Part shown: piece after piece, positions 40,101 to 49,993 of the stretch
How the letters are laid out: the number at the start of each line of letters is the position of its first letter
How positions within the stretch are numbered: the stretch's first letter is position 1
Origin: a virus
IMG/VR virus record: IMGVR_UViG_3300048033_001096
Location: 32,001-96,000 of that record
Reading direction: 5' to 3' (one strand)
Length of the DNA: 64,000 bases
Translations under genes and position numbers: made by a program
Notes under the pieces: generated by a model
Told to the model about the DNA's origin: nothing
Databases searched by the model: none
The model's input: the letters and a program-made list of their open reading frames with translations, nothing else

Positions 40101-43100
40101 ATTAATATGTTACCTTCTGAATTACCAAAGCTAAACACTGCTGGGTCAATTGGAGTTTTGTATCTTAATTCTTCGTCAGCGTGTCCTGCTATTTTACCTT
40201 GTAATGGATCAATGTAATCTAAATTAATAATAACTTCATTTTTAGATTTGTCGTAGATCATTACTTTCTTAATTTTTGTTACATCAACCGGAGGTTCGTA
40301 CTCTCTATGCACTTCCCATATTCGTTGATTGTCAGTTCTTCTATAATCTAAAATTAGTCCTTGTCTGCTATTTTGATTTTTATATTCTGGAACCGATACA
40401 TACAAATGATTATTCTTAGCAAGAATGTTTCTTCCAAAATAATCTATTTCTGCAATATTATCTCTATTGACATATGTGTGATAGTCAAGCGTTTGTCCAA
40501 ATATTAAGGATTCGTCAATTCTTTCGTAAACGTAAACTACGCCATTTGTTGCAATTTCATTTTTAAATGTAGTAAATTCATTATCAAAACTTGTAATACT
40601 ATTATCAAACGTAGTAATATCATCACTCGAAGCGTTGACTGCACTTACATATAAAGTTTTACCGTCAAAATCTAAACTTGTTCCGTACCCTTCTCCTTGT
40701 TGTTGATTTGTACTTTCTAACGTCTGTGTTAATTCAAATACTCCATTTATTTGAGTATAAACATATACAAATCCTACGTCAATACCGGTAGTCGAATCGT
40801 CAGCACCAGGAGCGCCAATAGCAATCATTTTGCCATCTTGACTAATACTTAAAGATTTAGCAAACTCAATATTGTCATCTATTTTAAACGAAGGTGCTAC
40901 AATCTCTTGTGATTTTTGATAATTACCATTTATACTTCTATATACAATGACTTTAGTGCTGTTATCAGTATACGTTGCTGTTGTAATTAATATTTCACCG
41001 TTGTCGCTTACGTCAAACTTTCTTCCAAACTCAACTAAATTAGATGCATCAAGTTTTAAACTATAATCTCCGCCAGGAGTAAAGTTGGTTAGTTTCCAAT
41101 CTTCTTGAGGAACTTCAATAGTTCCATCGTTATCAACAAATCCGTTATAATTTAAAGGTATGCTTCTTTGAGCTTTATAATATTTTCCGTCTAGGTATTG
41201 TACAATCTCATCAACAATATATGTTGAATCTGTTGAAAACAGACCTTTATAATCAAAGTCTTCTGGAACAATGTTTGTATTATTAGGAATATATCCTAAA
41301 TAATCAATGCTACGAATTTGATCGTTTGTAATTAATTCCCATTCTGTTTCAACAAAAGCTGTACCATCGCCTGCAATGTTTGTCAAGGCTTTGTAAAAAT
41401 AACCTAAATAATACACATAGTCATCAATTAAATAAAGAGAATTTATATCAAATACACCCTTGTATCTTTTATCTTTTGCAAATTCCCAGTTATAATTAAT
41501 TCCTTCGTCGTCTACCCCGTTATTAATAAAATATATTCTACCAGGATTTTCAGTTGTACTATTTCCTTTTGCATGCACAAACACTTTATACAGATCATTG
41601 CGTTTTGCAATTTTAATTTGATTACCGACTTTTAAATTAGGCGTAATGTCGGGTACAATTAAAGTATCCACAACATCAAATGTAGACACATTTTGTCTTT
41701 GGTAAATTGTAAAGTATCCAAGATTGTCTGCATTTAGTGCAGGACCGTCTGGATTAACTGGTATTTTAAATACTTGTTTGTAGTCTAAATTAGTTGATCC
41801 AGGAATATTTGGTTCTCTTGGTAGTCCGAGAATTGGAAAGTCTCTGTAAATAAGATATTCTGCTCCAATAACTGTACTTTGCTGAGGAACTTCTTCTAAC
41901 TCTGCTGACAACTGCATTACACACAATTTACCAATATTTAAATCGGCATTACCTAATGCAACTGATCTTACGTCACCTAAGTCTTGATCAGCTGAATATA
42001 TAGGACTTGGATCTAAAGGATCTCCAATCATTTCTATATAGCGACCATCATTACCGATGCCCCATGAGCCTTGAACATCAGTTACATAAATCCTTGCACG
42101 ACTGTTATTAAATTTTTGGTAAAATGCAACCTTAGCTGTTGCACCCGGAGCCGGAGTCCTTTCTCGAACAAATTGACCAATTCTAGGTTCGAATGGCTGG
42201 CCTGTATCCGAGTCTGTATTATCTAAATCAAAATCAATATATCCGTCCCATAGTCCAAATAATGTATGTTTTTTGTTAGTGTCTTCGTATGTTAATCCTG
42301 TAACAGTAATGTCAATAAAGGAGTCATCGTTAGAAAAGTCCGGAAATCTAACTACTTCAAAACCAATTTCGTCCCCTACGTTAAGTTTATCTGTAAGGGT
42401 TTTTGGAGCTCTTGCTACAAACAAATCACTCGGTATAACTTCTAAATTTCCTGCAGGTCCCGGAGTACCTTGATATACTAATGTTCTAATATAACTATTA
42501 ATTGATGCATCGCCAATTGTTGTAACATCATTGTTTAAATCCCATATGTTACCGCCAGCTCCGCCTGGGTCAGCCTTGCCTGTTGGAATAATGTTATACG
42601 TTGCTAATGCTCTAGCTTCATCTACATTGTTTTCTGATAGCACAAGAGGGTTATCAGAATTTGGTAGATCAAAATACCAATATCCGCCCAATTCTTCGCT
42701 TACATCGATAATATCTGACGGTGCTACTTTAGTATATGCACCTACAAATTCACCCGATTCCTTAAATAAATTTTCTGAATTAGGCCAAATACCCGAAGTT
42801 CTTTCAATGTATATAGTTGCTCTATTATCATCAACATATACATAATTTACATATCCAAACACACCGGTTGCTTCAACTTGATCTCCAATATTTGGAATTG
42901 TTGAAATAGCATTAGTAAACAATACTACGTCTACTTTTTTCTGTATTATTAATCCACTTTCTAACCATTCTTCAGTTAAACCATAATCTTCGTAGCCGTT
43001 TGGCATGTCATCGGTTTGAAACGGTTTACGTGGAGTATAAGGATCAAATTGATTTGCTGTAGTAGTAGCATACCAATCAAGGAATACTTGATCACCTACG

Positions 43101-46100
43101 CCTGAGCCCGAATACTGATCAAGAGATGCTCTAATTAATACATGGTCTGTTGTACCTTCATCGAACGGAAAATTGCCTAATAGCATATTTTGGAAAAATG
43201 CTTCATTTTGAAAAATACTATTATTTTGTAACACTTCAATATTAGCACCAAAGCTACCAAATAACTGCTCAGCTTGTGCTCCTTGAATGTCTACTACAAC
43301 TTCCCAAAGTTGGCCTGCATAAAAAACAATATCTCCATTGTCATAATTTTCAGATTCTTGATAATTGCCTCTATATCTAGTTTTAATATTAGATGCAGCA
43401 GGTGCTCCGACTACCAAATACTTTCCATCTAAACTAAATGCTTGTCCTGTACCAAATTGATTTCCAGGTGTTGTGACGCCCGAAGTAGGAGGCTCAACAA
43501 TTTGAGCAAATTGATAATTCTGGTTGTTACCGCCTCTATTGTATACAAACAGTTTTCCATTACTTCCTGAAGCAGGCGAAGCTACTGATAACAGACTATT
43601 TCTTCCGTCAGCAATAATATTTTTACCAAACCCTAAATCTTCATTTGAGTCTTCTTCTGCTTCTAAAAGTTGCAATAGCGAATAGGCTTGAGTATTTTTT
43701 AATACTTTCCAATTTTCGTCATTATTTTGTATCCAAATTAATGAGTTATTAGTAACTCCGTCTTGTGCTAATTTGTTAGCTTCTTTATAATCAGAAACTT
43801 TTACACTAACAAACTTTGACAGTAGACCCGAACATTCATTAATAGTATCGAGTTGGTCGTTAGATCCAACAATTACTTTATTAAGTAACTTTTTAGTAAC
43901 CTTATAAAATCCTTGCAAAGGAATTAATATAGTATTAACTGTATTAAATTCAGTTGAATCATCATTTTCGTCGTCAGGTACTTGTAAATTATGTATTCCT
44001 ATGATATCTCCTTCTTTAATATCGTTAGGAGAATTAGATAAAGTAAATTCAACTTCATATGTGTATTCAGTATCTGTTACTTTTGTTGGTAAAGTAGTTA
44101 AACTTATTAAATTTGTATCAATACTTTGATATTGTAAAACGTCCCATTTATTGTATTCCGAACCAGTCCAAACATAATCTTTATTATTAATAAGAGAAAT
44201 GTCTAAATTTAATAAAGAATTATAATTTTCTACAATATTTGAAGTATCTTCAATATTAACAAATCCTGGAGACCGTGTAAATTGTTTATAATTGTTTAAT
44301 TTTGGAAACGGAGTATTAGTATAATTTTTTGATGCTTTGTAAACTTCGAAATCTTTTATTTTATAAACTAATCCAATATCCTCATCAGAATTTGTTAACT
44401 TAATAGGCTGAGGATTTAATTTAAAATTCTTTTCATCTAAGATAAATTCAACTTCTTCAAATCCTTCGCTAGCACCATATTGTCCTTGTTTAATTGCCCA
44501 CTCTTCGTAAAAATCTAAACTTTCTTGTCCAGCAGCACTTAATACATCAAATAATTTAGTTAAACTGTTTTTTGATCCTTTTTCACGAATCATTCCTTGA
44601 TAAAATTTATATTGGCTTACTTCGTCATTTATAATATTTTCTAAATAAGTACGTTTTTGATATCCGATTAAATGTTGAGCAAGCTGCTGTTGTTCGACAT
44701 CAAAATTGTCAGTATCTAAATCATAGAAATCAGCAAATTGATTAGTCTTATATTCAAAATTTGGTATTAATTTGCTTTCAGGAACATTATCTAGTCTTTT
44801 CCATTGATTATTATTAAACACATTAGATCCAGGAATCTTTGAATCTGCACTATAATAAAATTCTTTATATTTTACAATATCACCGACGCTATAATCAGTC
44901 CACTGTTTCCATTCTTTAATGTTAACTTCGGAATATATAAATCCAGGAATATTTAAACTTCCATCCCAGTCTGACACTCGATATCCAATTGTCTTAACAC
45001 GTTCTTGACGATAACCTGTTGTAGGTTGATATATAACATCTCCAAATACAGAAGTATTATCTATTAATACAATATGTTCGGTTTGCACTACTGGCAGTTT
45101 AATAGAATACACTCCGTCAGCTGTAGTCGTAGGAACTAATTTAAATGTGTTGCTATCAATTCTATCAATACTAATATCTGTACCGTTTAACATTTTTCCA
45201 TCTGATTTTGCTAAGCCGTAATCAAAGAATGTGTTAAACACATTAGAAACTGTTGAATATTCAGATTCAAACCATACTTGCTCGGCAGCCGGACTTAAAG
45301 ATATTAAAGAGTCTTCACCCCATTCGTGCAAACTCCAAAACATAAATTCTCTAGCAGAGTTTTTCCAGTCTGCTATAATTTTTTGGGTGCCATCATAATG
45401 CTCAAACTTAAATCCTTGCTCTATTAACCAAGCTTCGTATCCTAGCAAAAAGTCAACTACATCTTGAACTGTTTCTAAAACAGATCCATATGGCAAGATA
45501 TTAACCGATTCTTTAATAAATTTTTGTTTAAAGACAGTTTCAATGCCTCCTTCAACAGGTAGTCTTGCTAATTTAATTAACGAAGTATCGTCAAAATTTT
45601 CTGTAGATGTAAACGTGCTCTTTGCTCGATAGTATGCACCAGAATTTTCGACAACTAAATCTTTAACGTAAGTTTTATTTGGTTCCCAAGTAGCAAAACT
45701 TTCTGAAATACCGCCGACATTTACAGTAATGTCTCTTGTTGAAGTAATTGGACTGTAATATTTAAATGACGGTAAATTACTATCATACCCTCTTATAACA
45801 AATCCAAACCCTTGTCTTTCAACTATTACTCCGCTATATGTAATTGCCTTAATTGGATAGCTAGTGTTTAAAAAGATTTTATAATTTTCTTCTGGTACAA
45901 AAACATTACCTTGATTTAACGGAGTTCTACTATCTAACACAAGTTTAAACTTATCTTTATCAGTGTAACCGCCTAATTTAAATGCAAGGTTATTCTTAAT
46001 TTGTTTTAGATTATTTTTGTAATTGTTAAACTCATCTGTTAAGTTATAAGACATATATCCTTGTATGTAGTTTATAATACCAGAAGTTAAACACACTTCA

Positions 46101-49100
46101 TTAGTTTCAACATTACTCGGAAATTTTAAATCCTGTAATCTAATATGTGTGTTAGTTTCAGTATATACTATATGCCCTAATATATCTCTAACTTGTCTTG
46201 ATCTATCATAACCAGTAGCAAGCAATGTTGTTGGATTATTAATCATCCAACTTGCTAATATTGCAAATGGATATTCAGAACTGTTAAGCCAAGCATCTTC
46301 AATTGGAGATCCGTCTCCAAATACAAAACTTTCATCGATATTTGATGTATCAAATTTTAAAGGTAAATTACAATCAGACGGTCCAAGTAACTTTCCTTGA
46401 TTATCAACCGGAATAAATTTTGACAACCCTGGGCGAGAATAGAGCTTGTTAATTTTAAATCCAGTATTTGGTTCTCGAATAATACCAGCTTCTAAGTCTT
46501 CCCACAACAACGAGTTATTTCGTGTGTATGGAGCAGGACCGTATTGTTCTTCCCACCAAGTCGGTTTAATACTAAATCCTAACATTTCCCAAGGAGTTAA
46601 ATGCGGAGTTACAGTATCAAAATAATATCTAAAGATGCCGCGCCACCAACCTGGCATTTTATCACCGTTTTTATCTTTAAGTGATTTATAGTTAAATGTA
46701 AAACTATTAGTTCTATCAAAATATTTGTTAACAGTATAATCTTCATCTACTAATGATAACCATTGAATAAAGTCAACAATCATCGGAGCATAAACTTCAT
46801 CTCTAGTAAATGCTGTATCTCTGTTTAATCCAGGACTATAAGAATCAATATTAAATAAATTAGGATCATAAGTTACTTTAATATTATTAAAGATTCGTTT
46901 TTCTAATTCTAAAATAAGATCGTCTCTAAAATCTCCATATGCTCTTACAATACTACCGTCATGTCCTTTAATAAGAGTAGTCGGAGTACTAAATGTGCTG
47001 TCAGTATATAAAGTAGGCTTATAAAGCGGATACAATCCTAATTTAGTTGGTGTTGGCGGAATATAAGATCCGTTTGTAGTTTCATATTCGTTAATTTCAA
47101 GAATGTCGCCAAAGTTTTTATCTTTAAGGATTTCAACAAATCCTTCTGCATTAAATATATAATCAGTATTATGGAGAAGTTGTACACCATTTAAATAAAT
47201 CGTAACAGCATTAGTACTAAGACTATCCATTGTAAACGGAGTGTTTAAAGCAAAGAATTTTGCATCTGCATCTTCAATTGTTATTTTATTTGTAACTGTT
47301 GCACCAAATGGTATCATGTCTGAGAAGTAAAATGGCATAATGTTTGTTTTACTTTTTACTATTTCAGCCATAATTGCATCTACGTGTTTTTTAGTTGAAC
47401 CTTGAAATCCTAAAGTTTCGGCTGTTTCTAAAAATATTCTTTTAAATTTACTATATTCTTTACGAGCATATCTAATAGAATTTACAGCATTTGATTGTTT
47501 ATCGAGTATACTATACATTGATAAATTCAACGGAGAACTATGCTTTATAAACTTTTTACCATAAGCACTTAAATTATGAATATCTCTTAAATTACTTGGT
47601 CCAGGAAACACTCCATCAAAATTTGTTAAATTTTCAGTAATAGACAAAACATGATCAGTAACTTCACCTAGTGTAAATGTTTCAATATCTTGATTTAGAG
47701 GATTTCTTTCTAAATTAGCAGCTATTTCGTAATGTCCATTGTTATTTTTAGCTTTAGATGAAAACGCTTTTATTATAATGTTTGCATTTTTAGGTAATGT
47801 ATTTAAAAACTTAACATTTTTAATTCTATCAGCAGTATTAACTAACTCATAATCAACATCTAGATACTGTAGCGTATTGTCAACAGTAATTAAGATTTTT
47901 AAATCTTCTAGTTCGGAACTTTTATCATAACAATTGATTGGATATAATGTTTTTGTATTGTCGTTGACATATTGTAGTATTACTGGTTGCTCACTTAATT
48001 TAATTGCTTTTGTAAATGCACCTAATACAGTGTATTCATTTCTGTTATTATATTTTCTTATATAACCTTGTTTAACAGAAACTTGCGAAATGTCATTTCC
48101 AATTTGATACTGGAAGGAATCTGAGTTGAAATTAAAATCAAAAACAATGTCGCCTACATTTTCAATACTCCTGTAAGATATCCCAAATCCTAATTCAGTG
48201 TCAGAACTTAAACTGTTTTCTTTATAACTAAATATTTTTGTTCCTCTAAACGTAGACGCAGGATATTTTTCTGTATTAGAAAAACTAATATCATCGACGT
48301 CAAACACATCAAAGATCGGTGGCTGATTAACTCCAATTTTTTCTTGTGCGAGTTTCCAAATTGTTCCGTCATAATACCAAATCTTGCCGCCTGTTTCGTT
48401 ACCTCTTTTTACAAGAACGCTTTCGCCTGCTATTGGATCTGAATCAGTAGTCTCTTCTAATGTTATTTGTCCATTCGTTCCACTGCCTTTAAAATTAATA
48501 AAGTTTACTTTAAATATTTTACCATTAACTAACGGATCAGTGTCTGCTGTAAATAAAATACGCATGCCTTCTGATAGTTGTATGCCGTCTACATTGTAAC
48601 CAAGACTACCTTCAATTTCGCTAAACGCATCTTTAGTAAAATTATCTAAAACATCAACCGTTCCTTTAGAACGAGTACCAAAGTTATAAATTTTTAATCC
48701 AGAACTAAATTCAATAATAGGTCGAGATGCTCTGGCAGACTGATCTAAATTAGTAGTATTTTTATTAATAGTATCAGATAATTCTAATACACTTTTATGA
48801 AACCATCTATTATATCTTGACCAAAAATTGCCGTCATTGCTTGATCTATTAATAGTAATATAATCTTTATCTTTTGGATAGCCTGTTGCTAGTGAGAACG
48901 GAAAGTTATCAAAACCTTCTTCAGTATCAAAAGGAATTTCTAAATCAATGCCAACTGGAAAAGATACTTCAACATCTAAACTAGACACTAATTTAATTTC
49001 ATGCCCAACGCCCTCAATATACCATTCGGAATTACTATATATTGCAGGAATTACATCGCCTTTAAAGTTAACTTTAAGTCCATTGGACAATGACCAGCCA

Positions 49101-49993
49101 TCTCGCGATGTGTATTCTTTTTTACCAATAATTTCACTTTCTACATCAATAACTGTTGCATCTTCTTGATTAGCAACTTTAATTAGCCCACCAATATTAA
49201 TATCAGTACTTGAAACATAAAATAATTCATCCGGAGCATCTGATCCTAACTCTAACTCAATAACTCCATCTTCTACTTCTTGTGCAGAAACTTCATCCTT
49301 CAATAAAAATTGATCATCTAATATTCTTTTAGTTCTAAAAGTTAAAGGTATTCCAGGCGTATCAATTTCAAATCGATATTTTACACCTCTGTACAATTTT
49401 AATATAGGATTATTAGTTAACCCGTCTGGCGTAAAAATATAAGAATAATCGCCTAATGCTTCAGTAAGTTTAACAGTATATGTACTTTTAATTTCTTTAC
49501 GCTCGCCCGGAATGGTTACTGATTGAGGACCGTTTGGTACCCAGTAATATTCACGGAAGTTAGTAAACTTGTCCCAGTCAATATGAGGATCCCAAGAATA
49601 AAATTCTTCCTTTGTATTTCTACCATGGTTTGTACTTGTTCCGCCTAGTATATTAATTTGGTTAATAAAATCTCTATAATCTGCATAATAATCAACATTG
49701 CCTACAGAGTCAGTAATTACACTAACAGGTTCAAATTGGTAGTCAGTTCTTTCTTTTGAAACATCCGCTAAGTAATTGTCAGAAACATTATAAGATTTTG
49801 CTGTTTTTCGTCCTACATATGCATTAACCTTTTCAGCTACTCCTGGTTGTAATATTTGATCTAATGTCGATTTTAAAAACTTTTGGTTTTTACTAGTTCT
49901 AAAATACTTAGGTAAATGCCTTGCACTTTCTCTTTTATTAGAATCGTTTTCACCTGATGGTAATGGATATTCGTTCTGATTTTCGTTAGCCAT
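34130..49993 (-). CDS. Giant (5287 aa) multidomain baseplate wedge/adhesin protein, gp7-like by position
   Basis: Uninterrupted 15.9-kb ORF directly after the gp6-like gene. Contains CBM5/12-like, FG-GAP-like and GxGY repeat modules. Confidence 0.7.
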   Translation of the reverse strand: MANENQNEYPLPSGENDSNKRESARHLPKYFRTSKNQKFLKSTLDQILQPGVAEKVNAYVGRKTAKSYNVSDNYLADVSKERTDYQFEPVSVITDSVGNVDYYADYRDFINQINILGGTSTNHGRNTKEEFYSWDPHIDWDKFTNFREYYWVPNGPQSVTIPGERKEIKSTYTVKLTEALGDYSYIFTPDGLTNNPILKLYRGVKYRFEIDTPGIPLTFRTKRILDDQFLLKDEVSAQEVEDGVIELELGSDAPDELFYVSSTDINIGGLIKVANQEDATVIDVESEIIGKKEYTSRDGWSLSNGLKVNFKGDVIPAIYSNSEWYIEGVGHEIKLVSSLDVEVSFPVGIDLEIPFDTEEGFDNFPFSLATGYPKDKDYITINRSSNDGNFWSRYNRWFHKSVLELSDTINKNTTNLDQSARASRPIIEFSSGLKIYNFGTRSKGTVDVLDNFTKDAFSEIEGSLGYNVDGIQLSEGMRILFTADTDPLVNGKIFKVNFINFKGSGTNGQITLEETTDSDPIAGESVLVKRGNETGGKIWYYDGTIWKLAQEKIGVNQPPIFDVFDVDDISFSNTEKYPASTFRGTKIFSYKENSLSSDTELGFGISYRSIENVGDIVFDFNFNSDSFQYQIGNDISQVSVKQGYIRKYNNRNEYTVLGAFTKAIKLSEQPVILQYVNDNTKTLYPINCYDKSSELEDLKILITVDNTLQYLDVDYELVNTADRIKNVKFLNTLPKNANIIIKAFSSKAKNNNGHYEIAANLERNPLNQDIETFTLGEVTDHVLSITENLTNFDGVFPGPSNLRDIHNLSAYGKKFIKHSSPLNLSMYSILDKQSNAVNSIRYARKEYSKFKRIFLETAETLGFQGSTKKHVDAIMAEIVKSKTNIMPFYFSDMIPFGATVTNKITIEDADAKFFALNTPFTMDSLSTNAVTIYLNGVQLLHNTDYIFNAEGFVEILKDKNFGDILEINEYETTNGSYIPPTPTKLGLYPLYKPTLYTDSTFSTPTTLIKGHDGSIVRAYGDFRDDLILELEKRIFNNIKVTYDPNLFNIDSYSPGLNRDTAFTRDEVYAPMIVDFIQWLSLVDEDYTVNKYFDRTNSFTFNYKSLKDKNGDKMPGWWRGIFRYYFDTVTPHLTPWEMLGFSIKPTWWEEQYGPAPYTRNNSLLWEDLEAGIIREPNTGFKINKLYSRPGLSKFIPVDNQGKLLGPSDCNLPLKFDTSNIDESFVFGDGSPIEDAWLNSSEYPFAILASWMINNPTTLLATGYDRSRQVRDILGHIVYTETNTHIRLQDLKFPSNVETNEVCLTSGIINYIQGYMSYNLTDEFNNYKNNLKQIKNNLAFKLGGYTDKDKFKLVLDSRTPLNQGNVFVPEENYKIFLNTSYPIKAITYSGVIVERQGFGFVIRGYDSNLPSFKYYSPITSTRDITVNVGGISESFATWEPNKTYVKDLVVENSGAYYRAKSTFTSTENFDDTSLIKLARLPVEGGIETVFKQKFIKESVNILPYGSVLETVQDVVDFLLGYEAWLIEQGFKFEHYDGTQKIIADWKNSAREFMFWSLHEWGEDSLISLSPAAEQVWFESEYSTVSNVFNTFFDYGLAKSDGKMLNGTDISIDRIDSNTFKLVPTTTADGVYSIKLPVVQTEHIVLIDNTSVFGDVIYQPTTGYRQERVKTIGYRVSDWDGSLNIPGFIYSEVNIKEWKQWTDYSVGDIVKYKEFYYSADSKIPGSNVFNNNQWKRLDNVPESKLIPNFEYKTNQFADFYDLDTDNFDVEQQQLAQHLIGYQKRTYLENIINDEVSQYKFYQGMIREKGSKNSLTKLFDVLSAAGQESLDFYEEWAIKQGQYGASEGFEEVEFILDEKNFKLNPQPIKLTNSDEDIGLVYKIKDFEVYKASKNYTNTPFPKLNNYKQFTRSPGFVNIEDTSNIVENYNSLLNLDISLINNKDYVWTGSEYNKWDVLQYQSIDTNLISLTTLPTKVTDTEYTYEVEFTLSNSPNDIKEGDIIGIHNLQVPDDENDDSTEFNTVNTILIPLQGFYKVTKKLLNKVIVGSNDQLDTINECSGLLSKFVSVKVSDYKEANKLAQDGVTNNSLIWIQNNDENWKVLKNTQAYSLLQLLEAEEDSNEDLGFGKNIIADGRNSLLSVASPASGSNGKLFVYNRGGNNQNYQFAQIVEPPTSGVTTPGNQFGTGQAFSLDGKYLVVGAPAASNIKTRYRGNYQESENYDNGDIVFYAGQLWEVVVDIQGAQAEQLFGSFGANIEVLQNNSIFQNEAFFQNMLLGNFPFDEGTTDHVLIRASLDQYSGSGVGDQVFLDWYATTTANQFDPYTPRKPFQTDDMPNGYEDYGLTEEWLESGLIIQKKVDVVLFTNAISTIPNIGDQVEATGVFGYVNYVYVDDNRATIYIERTSGIWPNSENLFKESGEFVGAYTKVAPSDIIDVSEELGGYWYFDLPNSDNPLVLSENNVDEARALATYNIIPTGKADPGGAGGNIWDLNNDVTTIGDASINSYIRTLVYQGTPGPAGNLEVIPSDLFVARAPKTLTDKLNVGDEIGFEVVRFPDFSNDDSFIDITVTGLTYEDTNKKHTLFGLWDGYIDFDLDNTDSDTGQPFEPRIGQFVRERTPAPGATAKVAFYQKFNNSRARIYVTDVQGSWGIGNDGRYIEMIGDPLDPSPIYSADQDLGDVRSVALGNADLNIGKLCVMQLSAELEEVPQQSTVIGAEYLIYRDFPILGLPREPNIPGSTNLDYKQVFKIPVNPDGPALNADNLGYFTIYQRQNVSTFDVVDTLIVPDITPNLKVGNQIKIAKRNDLYKVFVHAKGNSTTENPGRIYFINNGVDDEGINYNWEFAKDKRYKGVFDINSLYLIDDYVYYLGYFYKALTNIAGDGTAFVETEWELITNDQIRSIDYLGYIPNNTNIVPEDFDYKGLFSTDSTYIVDEIVQYLDGKYYKAQRSIPLNYNGFVDNDGTIEVPQEDWKLTNFTPGGDYSLKLDASNLVEFGRKFDVSDNGEILITTATYTDNSTKVIVYRSINGNYQKSQEIVAPSFKIDDNIEFAKSLSISQDGKMIAIGAPGADDSTTGIDVGFVYVYTQINGVFELTQTLESTNQQQGEGYGTSLDFDGKTLYVSAVNASSDDITTFDNSITSFDNEFTTFKNEIATNGVVYVYERIDESLIFGQTLDYHTYVNRDNIAEIDYFGRNILAKNNHLYVSVPEYKNQNSRQGLILDYRRTDNQRIWEVHREYEPPVDVTKIKKVMIYDKSKNEVIINLDYIDPLQGKIAGHADEELRYKTPIDPAVFSFGNSEGNILIDENRSWGVEQIGRLWWDLSTAKFYNVYQGNLIYKSNNFNTLYPGASIDVYEWVESTLSPEEWDSTSGTPRGNANNITGKTKYGRDAYSIRRVYDNISKRFINYYYYWVKGKTTVPLISGRTISADNVSKLIEDPAGQKYKFINFADSSSMVLYNCADLIRDKDIVLSVQYYTTGDKYANIHNQYQIVTEGLATSIPNEAIVNKLIDSLIGYDINDRPVPDPNLSPNERYGILNKPRQGWFINRQEVLKQVISRINSIFIENLIVDEKDITPLLDSDQIPSINTGLYDTVIDNYVDLQFVSTVRAQPAILTPVVQDGKIVRVDITNPGRGYKVVPTYVITGQGAKAELELTINVLGQVDSVIVKNAGYNYNDNTVINVRPFAVLVNADETVNNNWGIYQLQGVNWSRVSSQSYDVQQYWDYVDWYETGYNEFTQLDHVVDFSYSLQSLDDQLGDIVKILNTGGEGWLLLEKIDNQVTTDYTINYKTVGKQNGTIKLSTALYSYVDNLVGFDNQTFDTQFFDKQPITELRIIFNALRNNIFVADLAEQFNALFFLCLRYVFAEQGYVDWAFKTSFVKAKHNVGNLQQRITFKNDNLESYEDYINEVKPYKTTIREYISNYTKVESVSSEITDFDSPPVYSTETSKITPTDAKVVNGVLFGTGSLTGINKQWLNNISYKVVDIKISDPGYGYTEAPEIIIDGNATAVASLGTNGKLNSVVVTDSGSGYITSPNITINGTLGEDGREAAVSVVLGDSPVRNMHTTVKFDRVTGTFLITQLNETEFFTATGAKTEFQLKWPMDLRTTTVEVTVNGELVLGSNYSYDNIIDNTAEYDKFYGRIEFIDPPANEAIVEVNYKKSINLLDAQDRINLFYNPEDGQIGKDISQLMDGIDYGGVEVKSFEFGAPPGWDTGEWYTDTWDVYDDKFDDEIFETDGSTLTFDLAKPLANGVKYNVYINNVRIDDDDWDGTSTVENPYAIMSPLVGDGVTNTFTFENEIGYRQVAEELDPGDGNGTFNNPPGLVITIRRSTSDGSRAISEAAFDTAITGGDLAYTTATGINAEDINIDGDGFVTPTTSKGPEEIVPGQLMDTLDITVYERPNSGTGTIQTNSFRGDGTTNQFTISQKPFSRESVIVKVNYKILDLAEYRVDFKNNNVTIYDTPQQGDNVAITVIGLGGTNLLDYGEFITTDTQLYQTAIPYTEELTAYVTVNGSEIPFTIDNIDGIAHIRFVEIPAVNRIVQYGIFDSLVETFSKVDIDTIISDGSSLSYELAKTPFSQQPSSYYTIATVNNERILNAGYSEKFIIEDNTLEYKMKVWQIPVGSTEGKEIKVFLNDRELEFLQEWTYEGAGSFNEYIADDAQPGSTIILNRGVATTGDELKVFIMSSGEYRFGYFDDDSNFIDTSGKQIAASLLPIIEDGVITEVTVVSAGRGYNDTSGITANSDVGEGAEFSLTVDDLGRILTVEIINGGRDYDTNTTINVEIVPLPAVVYFDETFAPGDIIKLYQFSNHDGLGIERQKYDVVEKTTMTANTDGYYESRLLRNNMIDLQTPTIGINYVWVAINNKLLTPTADYVLLDNQKTIKLITSLTQYDVVDIIHFAAPPVSNRFGWRQFKDMLNRTTYLRLSAEDEHQLAAPLRWYDRTIEVADGFERLPSVTADSKNPGVIFINGERIEFFRREGNILKQLRRGTMGTGIKDEHPAGTYFYNQGSDSIIPYKDEEDRFTVKSGVYTDTSTIYPNSSPDMSVESITYSFNNNTVFPVRVPGTYDQVATVVGTGFRPEIKALMQDANGKIRELEKISSTTTEIKFYTETMPVGAYDLVLYNPKEIVPALRSESYLVMPKFLPYVQILVDYNPEAFTDVVQNPTVTGDWYKAPFDEGGIPNEYWQALNIEVFSNGRRLRKNPIKVYDAAKGQYSPDGDVDLEAEFAVNKNEGAYVRLTSPPEPETTLTIVRKLGSDWRELDGESENQFKPLGNSNTQVATFLRGKTINLPR

